In this document: one piece after another, positions 48,861-62,195 of the stretch
How positions within the stretch are numbered: the stretch's first letter is position 1
How the letters are laid out: each line of letters opens with the position of its first letter
Source of the DNA: Gekko japonicus
Lineage: Eukaryota
Assembly (NCBI RefSeq): GCF_001447785.1
Contig: NW_015161518.1
Coordinates: 4,408 to 68,407 of the forward strand
Direction: 5' to 3'
Length of the DNA stretch: 64,000 nt
Program-made: the position numbers and the translations under genes
Notes under the pieces: generated by a model
Told to the model about the DNA's origin: nothing
Database searches by the model: none
What the model saw: only the letters and a program-made list of their open reading frames with translations

Positions 48861-51800
48861 TACTTGGGCTTCCAAAAAGCTTCCAACACAGGCTCTCATA
48901 AAGAGTACTTGAGTAAACATACAGTCAGGAGATAGGAGGATGGGGCTTCTAGTAGATTAATATGTGCTTAAAACAGCAGGAGGAAGAGTGGGAATAAATG
49001 GATGATTCTCACGATAGAAGGAAGTAAGCAGTTGAGTAATTGAAGTTTCTATATTAAGGCTAGTGCTACTTAATCTGTTTGTAAAGGATCTGAAGTTGGG
49101 GGTGAGCAGAGAAGTGGTGTAGTTTGCCGGTGATATCAGATTGTTGAGATGGTGACAACCATAGTTGATTGTGGAAAGATCCAAGTGAATCTCTCCAAAC
49201 TGGGTGAAGGAGCAACAGTATGGCAAACAAGGGTCAGGTTTTTTAGTGGCTTGTTTGATTGATTTAGCTGTGATCAGCCTTCAACAGGTCTTTGGAAAGG
49301 TATATAAATTTTCTAAAGAGATATGTAATGCAAGTAAGAATAAAATGAAAACCCAACACCTAACTTTACACACTCACCGGTTGGGCCTGAACTGCTGCTT
49401 ATTGAACAGGAGAGAGACCTTGGGGTCACGGTAGGTAGCTCATTAAAAGTATTGGCTCACTGTACAACAAGGTGAAGGGGGGGGGATCTGTGCTTCATTA
49501 TTAAGAAGTACCGTCTGAAGAATTATCCTAATCTTTGTAAAGTCTTTGTAAAAGACCTAAGTTTCCTTAAAAGGAATTGGATCAATTATAAATGATGCAA
49601 GAGGCCTTTTGATGTCTCTCTTTTTTTTAAATCTAGGTTTTATTGGGTAGTGAATATGTTTTCTCCGGAACAATCTTTATGTGGAGAGACTGCCAAAGGA
49701 TGGGATATGCCTTTTCTCATTAGCCCACTCTCTTCCGAGCTCTTGAGAATCACTGCTAATTGATACTTTTCCATTTTAATTACATCTAATTTTTCTGTTT
49801 TTGCTATTCAGGGAACAAGGAGAAGAAAACAATACTCTGCATGCAAATATTCCAATCAACAGTTTAAAACCTTTTTGCTCTTGAATTTGCTCTTTATATT
49901 TTTGAAATGAAAATGAAGTGTTTATGCATGCCCTTTACACGTTTTCAGCGTTTGGGAAATCTTTACAGTTAAATGCATAGAATTATTTCAAAATGTAAAG
50001 TCTCCCTTTCCTCTCTGCTTAATAGGAAAACACAACACCAACAGGAGTATCTTCTGTTAAAAATATATATGCTACCTTCCTCAATATTAAAGAGAGAAAA
50101 GAATACCTAGACACTCACAGCTATATTTCTTGGTGTACGAACTAGTTTTTCCTGACCCTTCTCCTTTCTGCTTAAGCTTTAGTTCCATTGACAGGGGAAC
50201 ATGGCAAATGTCAAAGATGGGCTTCAGGCAGAAATGTAGGTTCTGAATGAGTGAAACAGGTAGGGTGATTTGGTCACTTACAATGAGTTGTTCCTCATTT
50301 CTTAGGTTTGCTCATTGTTCCATATTATCCTAGGATGTTTCTACATGGATTATCTGCCCCATGTTCAACAGCTGTTGGGAATAAATAGAATAAAATAAAT
50401 AATAAATACTGATATTTTGGGAAATATCTCAATCCAGCCAGAATTACTGTTTTGGTGGAAAGTTTGGATTTCTCCACCCACATGGCAGCCATTTCCCTTA
50501 CGCTGCTCCTCTACCACCTGCAGGTCTTACTTGTTTTTTTTTTGTTGTCAATTTCATCTTGTTATATCAATAGATCACTTTACCAACAGGCATAACAGGC
50601 TCTGTGGATTCCCAGCTTTCATTTTTTAAGAAAATAAGTCCCTAGCCCCTTCTCTCTTATATCTTTGTAATGGAAGAACCTAGAAACTCCCCCCCCCCAG
50701 ATGAAAGCTGGAAATTCATAGGATCTGCTATGCATTATTATAATGGTATAACGATAGACAAAAAAATTCAAGAAGTCCTAGTGGCTCAGGGGAGGGAGGA
50801 TGGTTGCTGCCAGGGAACTGGGAAACTGTTGGGAAGCCTGCCATGTAGAATCTCTGTATGTTGCTGTACTCCATTGGCAGCCACAATAGGGGGGGGAAAC
50901 CCTACAAGCATGTTCCTATGTGGAAACCACCCTTAAGTCTACTTCCTTGTGTCGCTTCGCACACTATAAATATGCAAGATTCCTAAATTTTTTACTCTCA
51001 CCAAGCTACCCTAGCTGAGTGTGATGTTGCTTCTGCTTGGAGCCCTTGCTCCATGTTCTTCACCAGACCTTGCTGGTTTTGGTTTTGGCTTCACTGTCGT
51101 GCTTCCCCCACCATTCTAGATCTTCCCTAATTCGGCTACAGTTTTCCCCAGTTCTGTTTCGGTATGGTCTTTTCTGGAGTACAGAGTCCAAAGCTGGCTT
51201 GGGATGGGAAAGTGTGGAAAGTAAGTTGTGGGTTTCCACCCTTTCCCACCAACATCTGGTGGGATTTCCTACCCCTTCCCACCAGCAGGCTTTTTGCCAT
51301 TTAAAAAAATTATGTGTACTAGATATATTGCTATAAGAGTTGATCCTGCCAACTGTGTTGTTCAATATCATCCAATTCCCTTCCTTAATAAACCACCATC
51401 CCATGTGGCCTTTGTCCATGCAGTTCCTATGATCCCTGGCATAGTTTTTTGGTGACCAAAGAGGATCCCTCACCCCTTTTTCACCACTGGAAAAGTGGAT
51501 CCTAGTGTTAAAATACTATTGCAATATACTGGCTACCAATAATAAAGGCAAAAAGTTCATTGGTGATGTGTGTCTGTGTGTGTGGGGGTGGAGTGGTGGC
51601 AGCCATAGGAAAGCACAGAGCAAATGTTCTTGCATTTGCAACAGGAATCAGAGTAATATGGGGAAATCGCCTCCATGCCGAAGCAACCTACCTTTAATAG
51701 GCTACGTGGCAACATGTCCTTGATCTTCTAAAGTACAGTTCATCTGTCAAGAAAAAGCTTTGTTTCAGTCAGTACAGGCTGTACCTGCAGCCAGTTTCTT

Positions 51801-52424
51801 TAGGAAAGTCAAATCATCCCCGCAGTTATAATTATCAACTGACTTCCTTTCAGACAGACATTCCAGTTAGACTTCTATATACTAGAGGAGGGTTGTGTCT
51901 TTGTTTCTCATATTCATTCCATTAGCCATCTATTAAGTAGCATATAGCACAGCACATTGGATTTATATTCAAAGGTACATAAATGCAATAGATAAAAGCA
52001 GGTTCTTTAGGAAATCAGAACACCTGGAATTTAAAACCTTCAAAAGAAATCTAAAGCTGGCTAAAAGCTGGCTTTATTCGGGGATGCAATAAAAGGTTGA
52101 GGCTTTATTTAACCGATTTCTAAAACTCATTTTGAGCTATCTCATCATTTCAGTGTAGATCTTTCTAGATTTTTTCTTTCTTTCCACTGTCAAGCACTTG
52201 TCATGAACACATTTTCTAATCAAACTGGAGTTAATTAATGGCCCAAGTCACGTTAGGCTGGTCCCGGGCCGGTAGACAACTTTTGCACACTGTCCTCTTT
52301 GAAGACAAGGTTTTGGTCACCAGCTGGACAGTGCAAAATGAAAACACACTTGACACTGAGGGAAAAAATAATTACTGTTAATGGTTTAAGCTGCTCAGCA
52401 GTGGGAAAAGTAGATTGGAGCAGT

Positions 52425-52625
52425 TTTTATCCTACTCTTCCTCTAAGAAGTACAGGGTGGCAAATGTGTCTCTCTCTTTCTATGCCTCATCTTCACAATG
52501 ATCCTGTGAGCTAGGTTAGGCTAAGAGAGAGAGGTCAACCAGCAAACTTAACAGAAAGTGGGGATTTGAACCCAGGTCTCTGGGTCCTAGTCTGACATTC
52601 AAACCAGTTCACCACAGTAGCTCTT
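52425..52625 (-). mobile_element. Old tRNA-derived CORE/MIR-like SINE
   Basis: CTTCACAATGATCCTGTGAGCTAGGTTAGGCT...GGGATTTGAACCCAGGTCTC (B box). Confidence 0.6.
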
Positions 52626-52783
52626 CAAATTGGCAAAAAAACCCTTCCAAGAGTACCTAACAAACCTTATAATAATAGAGAGGCACCTGTGAAATCAGTT
52701 ATACAGCAGTATTCAAATGGATTTCTGAAGTCCAGGGGCCGCCAAGTATAAGGGTTCTGAGCAGAGTGACGTTAGCATTATTT

Positions 52784-55226
52784 GACCTGGTGAGAGATGT
52801 AAAAGTGATTGCACCGCTTGGAAACAGCGATCATAATGTTGTTGAGTTCATCATTTGTACAAATAGAGAATTGGCCAAAAAGACTCACACAGCCATTTTT
52901 AACTTTAAAAGGGGTAATTTCTCTGATATGAGGGGACACGTGGGGAGGAAACTGAAAGGAAAAGTAGAAAGGGTCAAAACAATTGGGGAAGCTTGGGATC
53001 TATTTAAAACTACGATCCTAGAAGCTCAAAAAATATATATTCCGCAGATTAGGAAAGGCACAAAAAGGTATAGGAAAAAGCCTGCATGGTTAACAAACAG
53101 AGTAATGGAGGCTGTAAAAAGTAAAAAGAATTCCTTTAAGCAGTGGAAAGCTAGTCACAGTGAGGCTGATAAAACGGAACACAGGTTATGGCAAATAAAA
53201 TGCAAGTTTGAGGTCAGGCAGGCAAAAAGGGAATATGAGGAGCATATAGCAAAAAACGTAAAAACCAACAATAAAACTTTCTTCAAATACATTAGAAACA
53301 GGAAACCAGCCAGGGAGGCAGTGGGGCCCTTGGACGACCAAGGGGTAAAAGGAGTATTGAAGGATGATAGGGAAATGGCTGAGAAGCTAAATGCATTTTT
53401 TGCCTCCGTCTTCACTGTGGAAGATGAGAAGTGCTTGCCCACTCCAGAACCACTGATTTCAGGAGGGGTGTTGAAAGACCTGAGTCAGATTGAGGTGACG
53501 AGAGAGGAGGTCCTAAAACTGATAGACAACTTAAAAACTGAAAAATCACCAGGCCCAGATGGCATACATCCGAGAGTTCTGAAAGAACTCAAATGTGAAC
53601 TTGTAGATCTCCTGACAAAGATATGTAATCTTTCCTTAAAATCTGCCTCCATTCCTGAGGATTGGAAGGTAGCTAATGTCACTCCCATCTTTAAAAAGGG
53701 TTCCAGAGGAGATCCGGGAAATTACAGGCCAGTCAGTCTGACGTCGATACCGGGTAAATTGGTGGAAACCATTATTAAGGAAAGAATTAGTAGGCACATA
53801 GATGAACAAAACCTATTGAGGCAGACTCAGCACGGTTTCTGTAAGGGAAGATCTTGTCTCACTAACCTGTTAGTGTTCTTTGAGGGGGTGAACAAACATG
53901 TGGACAAGGGGGATCCAATAGATATTATTTACCTTGACTTCCAGAAAGCTTTTGATAAAGTTCCTCATCAAAGGCTCCTAAGTAAGCTCAAAAATCATGG
54001 GATAGAAGGACAAGTCCTTTTATGGATCAAAAACTGGCTAGTTCATAGAAAACAGAGAGTGAGTGTAGGTGGGCAATTTTCTCAGTGGAGGGTGGTAAGC
54101 AGTGGGGTACCGCAGGGATCAGTACTTGGTCCACTGCTTTTTAACTTGTTCATTAATGATTTGGAGATGGGAGTAAGCAGTGAAGTGGCTAAATTTGCGG
54201 ATGATACAAAGTTGTTCAGGGTGGTGAAAACCAGTGAGGATTGTGAGGCACTCCAAGGGGATCTGTCAAGGATGGGCGAGTGGGCGTCAACATGGCAAAT
54301 GGGGTTCAATGTGGCCAAGTGCAAGGTGATGCACATTGGAGCCAAAAATCCTAAATATAAATACACATTGATGGGGTCTGAACTGGCAGAGACTGAGCAA
54401 GAGAGAGATCTTGGAGTTGTAGTGGATAACTCACTGAAAATGTCGAGACAGTGTGTGACTGCAATAAAGAAGGCCAATGCTATGCTGGGGATTATTAGGA
54501 AGGGTATTGAAAACAGATCAGCCAATATAATAATGCCCCTATATAAATCAATGGTGAGACCTCATTTGGAATACTGTGTGCAGTTCTGGGCACCACACCT
54601 TAAAAAGGATATTATAGCTTTGGAAAAAGTGCAGAAAAGGGCAACTCGAATGATAAAAGGGTTGGAACACTTTCCCTATGAGGAAAGGTTAAAGCGCTTA
54701 GGGCTCTTTAGCTTGGAGAAAAGACGACTGAGGGGTGACATGATCGAGGTTTATAAGATTATGCATGGGAAAGAGCAGGTAAAGAAAGAGGTACTTTTCT
54801 CCCTTTCTCACAATACAAGAACTCGTGGGCACTCCATGAAACTGCAGAGCGGTCGGGTTAGAACGGATAAAAGGAAGTACTTCTTCACCCAAAGAGTGAT
54901 TAACACATGAAATTCACTGCCACAGGAAGTGGTGGGTGCTACAAGCATGGACGGCTTCAAAAGGGAATTAGATAAGCATATGGAGCAGAGGTCCATCAGT
55001 GGCTATTAGCCACAAGGTATAGCTAGGGGCTCTGGGGCAAGTTATGCTCTGTCTTCTTGGTGCTTGGGGGGGGGTCAACAGTGGGAGGGCTTCTAATGTC
55101 CTGGCCCCACTGCTGGACCTCCTGATGGCACTGGTATTTCTGGCCACTGTGTGACACAGAGTGTTGGACTGGATGGGCCTTTGGCCTGATCCAACATTGG
55201 CGTCTCTTATGTTCTTATGTTCTTAT
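52784..55226 (+). mobile_element. Young 5'-truncated CR1 LINE with long open ORF2 remnant
   Basis: ~710 open codons: GNSDH (EN end), KSPGPDG, NYRPVSLTS, QHGF, YLDFQKAFD, GVPQGSVLGP, FADD. Premature TGA at 54908-54910, where the sister copy has TGG. (TTCTTATG)n tail. Confidence 0.97.
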
Positions 55227-56120
55227 TTATACCCTGCCTTTCTCAGTGAAACTCTAGGGAGATGACGAAATATGAAAAGCCATTTAATCAGACAGCAAAG
55301 ATCTCCAGTAAACAATGCAGTAGAACTAGGATTACAGAACTGGGAAACCATGTGAACAAGAGCTGGTTAAGGCAACAAAAATGATCTAAGGATGAAAGGA
55401 TGAAAGGGAGTTTCAAAGGTAGGGGATGTTGCAGTAAAGAAAGGAAAGTGATACGTACAGTATCAGTTGCAATAGTCCACAATCACATCCCTAATAGAAG
55501 CGACCCCCTGAGCTGTTCCATTACCCTAACCTATTCTAATCCCTTTATAAAAATGGCCTCCTGAACATTTCTGTTTTGCGCATTCAGTAGAGCAGTAGGA
55601 GTGTGGGGCCTTCCTGACTACCTCAGACAGGCCATTCCACAAGGGGGGGCACCACAGAGTATGTGTGTGAATGGCCTGTTACTGACCTTACTCATTGGCA
55701 GGGTGGCACCCCAAGGAGGCTTTGTTCAGAAAAATGTCATGGTGGGGCATAGTTGGAAAGGTGGTCTGCAGCTATTTTGGTCCAAGGCCATGAAGGGTTT
55801 TGAATTGAACCTGGTATCTGAGCAGTAACCAAGGGAGTGTCTGCTGAATGGGCGTAGCATGCACAACCTACTGATAGTAGCTGGGCTGTGGGATTCACTA
55901 ACAACTGAAGTTTCTGCATTATTGCTAAAGGTAGACCTGTATAGAATGCATTACAGTAGTCTGTCCTCAAGGTAACCATGGCATGGATCCATGTGGCAGG
56001 ACCAGCCAAATCAAGGTAGGGGGGCATCTTCTTCTGAGCTAAGTTAAGCTGAAAGAATTCCCTTTTTTAGCAGTTAAATTAACATGCTCCTTCAGCAATA
56101 ATGATGGTTCCAGTATTAAC
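55227..56120 (-). mobile_element. Degraded L2 LINE 3' portion
   Basis: IHAMVTLRTDYCNAFYTGLP...KLQL in ORF 55737-56027. Confidence 0.75.
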
Positions 56121-57134
56121 ATGTAGATCCTTAACAGTTGTACTCTCCCTTGACTATTTGTACAAAGTAGAGGCTACTTTGTTGTGCAAAGGGCCCTCTC
56201 TCTAGAGTTCCTCTATGTTTGTTCTAAATTTGTTCAATGTGAGAGACCTTTTAACATGTATCCATGTGGACATGGATGTTCTGGCTGAAAATTTCATTGG
56301 TATCCGAAGCTGTGCTGTGGCAGTGAGGCATGGTGGAACATCCACGGAAGTGTTTATATTTGCTCGAGAGGTTTTGCAGGCGTAACATTCTGCGAGCCAA
56401 TGGGGTGGGTTGTGTGCTGAGGAGGCTTGGGGCTAAACCCCATTCCTTCCCTGGCATGGGCCTGGCTCTGCTCACTTCTGGCCTGTGTGCCAGTCCAGTT
56501 CCACCAGCATTGGCAGGGCACTACAGCATTGTACCTCCATAAGATGTCATTGCGGGGCTCGGTGGCCATCCTAGTTAACAGATTGGCTTTAGGATTGCGC
56601 TGTCAAAAGTGTAACCCATTCCCCCTTTTTGGAAAGATGTATTTCTGATGGGGGTGTTGTGAAATGCATAACCATAAACTACCCCGCTTATGATTTCCCT
56701 GTATGAAAGAGATTAATAGACCAGCCTTCTGCTGAGCATCTGGAATGTACACTAAGTGAGATACGCAACAATGGTCACAGAGCCTGGCTCTTTTTTTAAA
56801 AAAATGAATCTTCAGGAATGATCTCAGTCTCCTTGCATTTTCAGGATTTCCAGTAGGCCGGACTGGCCCGTCATATCTTTCTTTTTGAGAATCACAACAG
56901 CTGGAGCCATTGAACAATTGTATGGAAGCTCTTTCTTCTTTTTGGTCTCTATGAAGAACAAAACATTCCCATTCTATTCAGTGCAGCTGTCCAGCTGGCT
57001 CAAGCTGAAATGTTAATGTCACTGCAAGGATGAATCACTCTATGGAACTTATTTGGGACTTTCCCTTCCCTCTCAGGCCTCATCCAACCTCGTGGATTTT
57101 TGCCTGCTGTTCTCAACCTGCACACAAAGCCAGT

Positions 57135-57298
57135 CAGGCCTGTAGCTACGGTGGGGCATTTTGGGGCTCTGCCCCCTCAGATGTGAGGCACGCCCCACAA
57201 CAGCTGCTGCCCCTCTCCCCCTCTCTCCTCCCCCTCCCCTGCTGCCCCACAAAATTTCCCCATGCCCCACCAACCCAAAATTTCTGGCTATGGGGCTG
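57135..57298. mobile_element. Small hAT-like MITE
   Basis: Imperfect TIRs CAGGCCTGTAGCTA / TGGCTATGGGGCTG. 8-bp flanks AAGCCAGT/AAGCCTTT. Confidence 0.5.
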
Positions 57299-57720
57299 AA
57301 GCCTTTCTTTTGGAAAGGAGGGGGAGGTTGTGGACACCAGATGTACTGCCTCTTCTGATCTTTCTTTGTCAGTGTTGAGAAGATTTTGCACACCTCAATG
57401 GCATGTGTGGTGTTGCTTTGGTCCTTAGAGTTTTTTTTAAAACACTTCAGTTTAGCTTCAAAGGATATACATACAGGATGATAAATTACAAAAGCAACGT
57501 ACCATATTCCTAGAATGTCATTTTTGTAATATGTCATGTAGTTGACGTCCATTTTAATGTGTTATATACATACAATCTTATTTAGCAGTTAGTGGATTGA
57601 TTTTTTTTTGCTGAAGTCGGATGAGAGTTGGCAAAGAAGAAAAGAAAGGATCTAGAATTTAAGCAGCATGAAACAATTTCTCTTTGGGGGTCTGGCTTAC
57701 TGGCTGCTCATCTATTAAAG

Positions 57721-58053
57721 CAGGGCCCCCAAAAAAGGTGCCTATGGGTGCCATGCTGCCTGCCAACACCCTTTCTGGTACTTGCCAAGAGATGCAGTGC
57801 AGCTGTCCAGCATGTCTTCTGATTGACTCTTGGAGCCTTGTTTGGCTGTGCAGGGTTTTTTTAAAAAACAACAACAAAAACATTGCCTTGGCAACAGCTA
57901 GCACAAGGATCTGCACTGTGTTACTGAAGTTAAACGGTGGCAATCATTTTGTGGCTGGCTCCACCTCCCGGGGTGGCCATTTTGTTGCTGCATCCACTAT
58001 GCCATGTCAGAATTCCCGATGTGCCTGCAGGGTCAAAAGGTCAGGGACCCCTG
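57721..58053. mobile_element. hAT (Charlie-like) MITE
   Basis: CAGGG...CCCTG termini. Perfect 8-bp TSD TATTAAAG at 57713-57720 and 58054-58061. Confidence 0.85.
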
Positions 58054-58473
58054 TATTAAAGTAGCATTTGTTAAGGCTATTCATCTGGGTGTCGGTGAAG
58101 ATACTTCTGTGTTTAATCTGTTTTTGTACAAAGTCAGACCAAGACAGGATTGTAATTTTCATTGCTGGAGTTAGGGATGATACTAATATCTTCTATACAT
58201 GGGTATATGTCTTCTGTATATGAAAATCTGCATGTACACAGTCATGTGCGATGTACATATGTGTTTCTTTTGCCCATTTTTCAATGTGTTTGGGTACACT
58301 CTCCCAAGCAAGATCCTGTGGGACTTAGTGCAATTCTACTGGGCCTGTACAGTGGAGATGTTTCGCCAAGCCTATGGCTGAGGCTGCAGTAAACCATCTA
58401 CACTGGCTTCCCCTGCCCTGTTCCACCTACTGTGGCCGACTCCACTGCATGTGTTATTCCATCTATAGCAAAC

Positions 58474-58670
58474 GTAGAACAAATTTAGAGTCCAGTGACA
58501 CCTTTAAGACCAACAAAGGCTTATTCAAGGTATGGGCTTTCGTGTGCATGCACACTTCATCAAATACATGAAAGCTCATACCTTGAATAAGCCTTTGTTG
58601 GTCTTAAAGGTGCCGCTGGATTCTGAATTTGTTTTACTGCCTCAGACCAACATGGCTGCCCACCTGGATA
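58474..58670. mobile_element. Penelope-like inverted pLTR pair (fold-back) with degenerate hammerhead
   Basis: Arms 58474-58545 and 58566-58637 are near reverse complements. Minus strand reads GTAT-TTGATGA-AGTGTGCATGCACAC-GAAA-GCCC-ATAC. Confidence 0.85.
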
Positions 58671-58913
58671 GTGGGACTCTGTGCTACAGATTGACATCTA
58701 CTGGCAATATTAATCAATTATCTCATGCTGTAGGTTTTGGTTATTGCATTAGGGTTTTAGAGTTTAAAAGTTATTAAAAATAAAAACCTTAAAATCCTCA
58801 GAGCTCCAGGACTGAGTCTGTAGCGGCCGCCACTCGACCAAAAGTTGACTCCAATTATAGTTCTATATTTTACTTATGGAAAATTAATTGTTGATGTTTA
58901 TGGATGTTGAGTA

Positions 58914-59255
58914 GGAGCTGCGGTGGCTCAAGTGGTTAAGACGCTGAACTGCAAGCTGTGGAAGGTCGGTAGTTCAGCAGTTCAAGACCTGGGTGCCGCA
59001 TGACGGAGTGAGCTCCCGTCTCTAGTTCTAGCTCCTGCCAACCTAGCAGTTCGAAAGCAAGAAATTGCAAGTAGATAAATAGGTACCACTTTGGTGGGAA
59101 GGTAACAGCGTTCCGTGCACCTTGGTGTTTAGTCAGGCTGGCCACATGACCAAGGAAACGTCTTCGGACAGCGCTGGCTCTTCGGCTTTGAAACGGAGAT
59201 GAGCACCGCAACCCTAGAGTCGGATTCGACTGGCTTTCGAGCAAGGGAACCTTTA
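58914..59255 (+). mobile_element. Full-length Sauria SINE
   Basis: A box TGGCTCAAGTGG, B-box-like GTTCAAGACC, Sauria core CCTAGCAGTTCGAAAGC...GGGAAGGTAACAGCGTTCC...GGCCACATGACC, ACCTTT tail. Confidence 0.9.
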
Positions 59256-59884
59256 GTTTATTAATGTTGTACCCTGCTCTGAGTCTGCTATGAAGGGAGA
59301 GTGGGAAAGGAATTGGATAAAATAAATAAATAACCAAGTAAATAAAATGCCGTACATATGCATAGTCATCATGTGAATGTAAATAAGTCCTGGTACATTC
59401 TGTGATGTATGGGGCCATTCCAGCTTCCCAGTTTTCTGGGCTTTGAGAATGCGAGCGGGTGGTTCCTCTTCTTTTTGATTTTGATCAGTCTCCAGATGAA
59501 ATTAGCTGAAACCCTACGAACTTGGTATGCATCCGGTTTGACAGATATTATTCTTTAGAGATAGTCTATAAGATCATAGCCCTAGTGGGGTAAAATAAAA
59601 GGCTGGGTTTCTAGTGCCCCTGCAGGGCTACCTCAAGAAGTGGGCTTTGGTGTTGAGACAGGAGGAGGCCCATCAAAGGAGCAGGAGAGAAAAACCTTTG
59701 GCTTTGGCTCCAGGACGCTATCCAGTTGAGTTCTCCTCTCTGTTCTTTGTTCAGTAGTATGGAGCTCCCAATTTTCTCACTGTAGCTTCACCAGCATGAA
59801 GTTCTCAGATCTTCCCATTCTGAAATCTCACTGCCAACAGAGAAGTGACAGTGTAACTGAAACCTTAAACTTCAGGGAGACATT

Positions 59885-60244
59885 GGCCCTGGTCACATGG
59901 TGGGAAAAGGCACAGCCAAAGCGCGGCTTTTCTGAGCCGCATCAAAATAGCAAAATAGACGCGCGGCAGTTGTTTCCCGGCACAATCAGATGCCGGGGGC
60001 GGAGCCAAGGAACAAAGAGCGAGGCAGCTGGCGGCACATGTGTGCGCATGCACAGTTTGGCCAGAAGCCTCAAATGCTGTGGAAGACAGGTGCACCAGCG
60101 ATCCCATGGCAGCCCTTGCTGCGGAGTTTCAGGACGGATCAGGGACGGGTGCGGTATGCTTCCCAGATGTTGCAGTGTGATTGCACCCTTTTGATGCACT
60201 CCCGATCCGACTTGCAGGACAAAACCTCCCGTGTGACCGGGGCC
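59885..60244. mobile_element. PIF/Harbinger-like MITE
   Basis: TIRs GGCCCTGGTCACATGG / CCGTGTGACCGGGGCC. 3-bp TSD ATT. Confidence 0.75.
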
Positions 60245-61650
60245 ATTAGTAATCTCTTGCCTGGAGCAAGAGCCCTCAAATACCTAGACTGGCCCTGGGT
60301 CACTCCTCTCCCTCTTTTAGGACCTGTTCACCAGTGGATACTGAAAGGAGACAGCTCAGCAGAATTCCATGTGTTCCCCCCCTTCATGTTTATTTTAAGC
60401 CAAATTAAGCTTTGTTAAAGTACAGTAAGAGTGGATGGAGAGAGGCTGTTCAAATTTTTCTCCCAGATTATTTTTTCAGATCAAAATAACCCTTCCACAG
60501 CGGCTTTTTCATCTGTGAGTGGAAATATACTGAGTCCCTTTGGGTTTTTTGTTTTTTTAATCTGTGAGGAGGAAATGTTGTTTGGGGAAGGTGATTTTTT
60601 TGAACTGAAAAATAAATGGAATGAAAATGGTTTAGCAGCTTCTCTCCATTTCGTCCTCCACCCCCCCCATCACCATTACAGGCTAGTTTTGACTTTGCAG
60701 GAAATCTGGAAACAGAAAGAGAAAGAGAACTCCGTGTACCTTGTCATTTCAGCCACATTCACTCCATGATTCTGGTTATTTACTTCCAGTCTATGCCCCA
60801 TCTGTGTGCTCCACAGCAGCAGGTATAGAGTGTAAATCAAGGATATTTGTGACAAGGCTTGAAGCTTCATGAAGGGCAAATCATGTGCACATTTGAAATT
60901 ACTCAACACAGAAGCAATTCCTGATTTACTAGAAATCCCAGTCACTAGTGAGTGGTTGGACTAGGTGCCTTTCATACATAAGGCTTTTACACCTCTTTTC
61001 TACTGTTTTCTACTTTACACCTCTTTTCTACTGTTCCTGACACATGTTAATACAGGATACAATGAGAAGCACGATTTAAAATGTCAAAAAATAAGCACAA
61101 TATGGTCTCGTCTGTACACATTATAGAAGTAGCTTAAGTTAAAGCCTCATGTGTGGAAATGCCATACGAGAAATTCCATAAGAAATAAAAGATTAAAATT
61201 GGTGCACAAAATTGGTGTTCAGAGGCAGTAGATGAGCACCAGATGTTGGGAACCTACCACATGTTCTCCATAAGAGTTATCTGGCTCTGTTGAAAACAGA
61301 ATGCTGGACTTTGCTGACCCAACAAGGTATTTTTATGGCCCATGCCATGGGGACAATGGTTGTACTGGATGGTAGTAATACCACAGGCACTGTACAGTAC
61401 ATTTTTATGGAATGTGTACCACTAGCCACATAGTAAATATCATAGTTTGAAAAGGGGAGAAATTAGCATTTTCTTTGCAAAGTTTTGCAGCTTAAGAGCT
61501 GGAAAAACACATTCTTTCTCTTAGTGATTCCAATGTTATTAAACAGCCAAGTAAGAGATTTGCGCCATCAAAAACACACCCTTTGTAATAACTGTCTTAT
61601 TGTTACCCAGTTATGAAACTTATTTTTGCTCCTATGTTATTTGCCAGAAC

Positions 61651-61987
61651 CAGGGGTCATTTCATAGAAAAAGAGCTAGGGGAACTCATTAGCATAACTC
61701 ATTAGCATATGCCACACCCCCTGACATCAGGGGCACGGCGGTGGACCTGCAAGGCCGGCGGGAGTGCGAGGAAGCCCCACCAAGGCCCTCCCTGGCCCCA
61801 GGCAGGCAGGGGTAGGGAGAAGTGGGGAGGAAGCAACTCACCCTCCCTCTTCTCCTGCCTCCTCCTGGCTGAATGAGGGCCGGAAGCGGGGCGGCTGGAA
61901 GCAGGGGGCGGGGCTTCATTGTGTGCCCCCCCGCACCTCACCCGGGGGAACTGCGTTCCCCCGCGTTCCCCCCCGAAATGACCTCTG
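61651..61987. mobile_element. hAT-family MITE with GC-rich interior
   Basis: TIRs CAGGGGTCATTTC / GAAATGACCTCTG. Perfect 8-bp TSD GCCAGAAC at 61643-61650 and 61988-61995. Confidence 0.9.
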
Positions 61988-62019
61988 GCCAGAACTAAGA
62001 ACTGAACATGTGTTTCCCC

Positions 62020-62195
62020 ACTAAGGGCTGAGCTGTGGCTTGCAGGACATTTGCTTTGTATGCAGAAGGTTCTAGGTTCATTCGTGGACATGTCTGTTTA
62101 AACAGATCTGGTAGTAGGTGATTGAAGGACTTCTACTGAGACTGTAAAAAGAGCAGCTGGTCAGAGGAGACAAACTTACCTTGATAGACCAGTAG
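62020..62195 (+). mobile_element. Old tRNA-derived SINE (Squam2-like)
   Basis: GCTTTGTATGCAGAAGGTTCTAGGTTCATTC is a tRNA-like head, followed by an AGAGCAGCTGGTCAGAGGAGACAA tail. Confidence 0.5.

Larger units (their letters stand above)
45090..49510 (+). mobile_element. Old degraded CR1 RT fragment (pieces ~45090-45205 and 48861-~49510) split by nested insertions
   Basis: GTGGACAAG...ATATACTTGGG|CTTCCAAAAAGCT is a decayed VDKG..IYLDFQKAF, collinear with the young CR1 at ~53900-54500. Confidence 0.7.

Noticed and set aside
49790-49900. Strong plus-strand splice acceptor (TTTTCTGTTTTTGCTATTCAG)
   Set aside because: No matching donor or recognisable reading frame.
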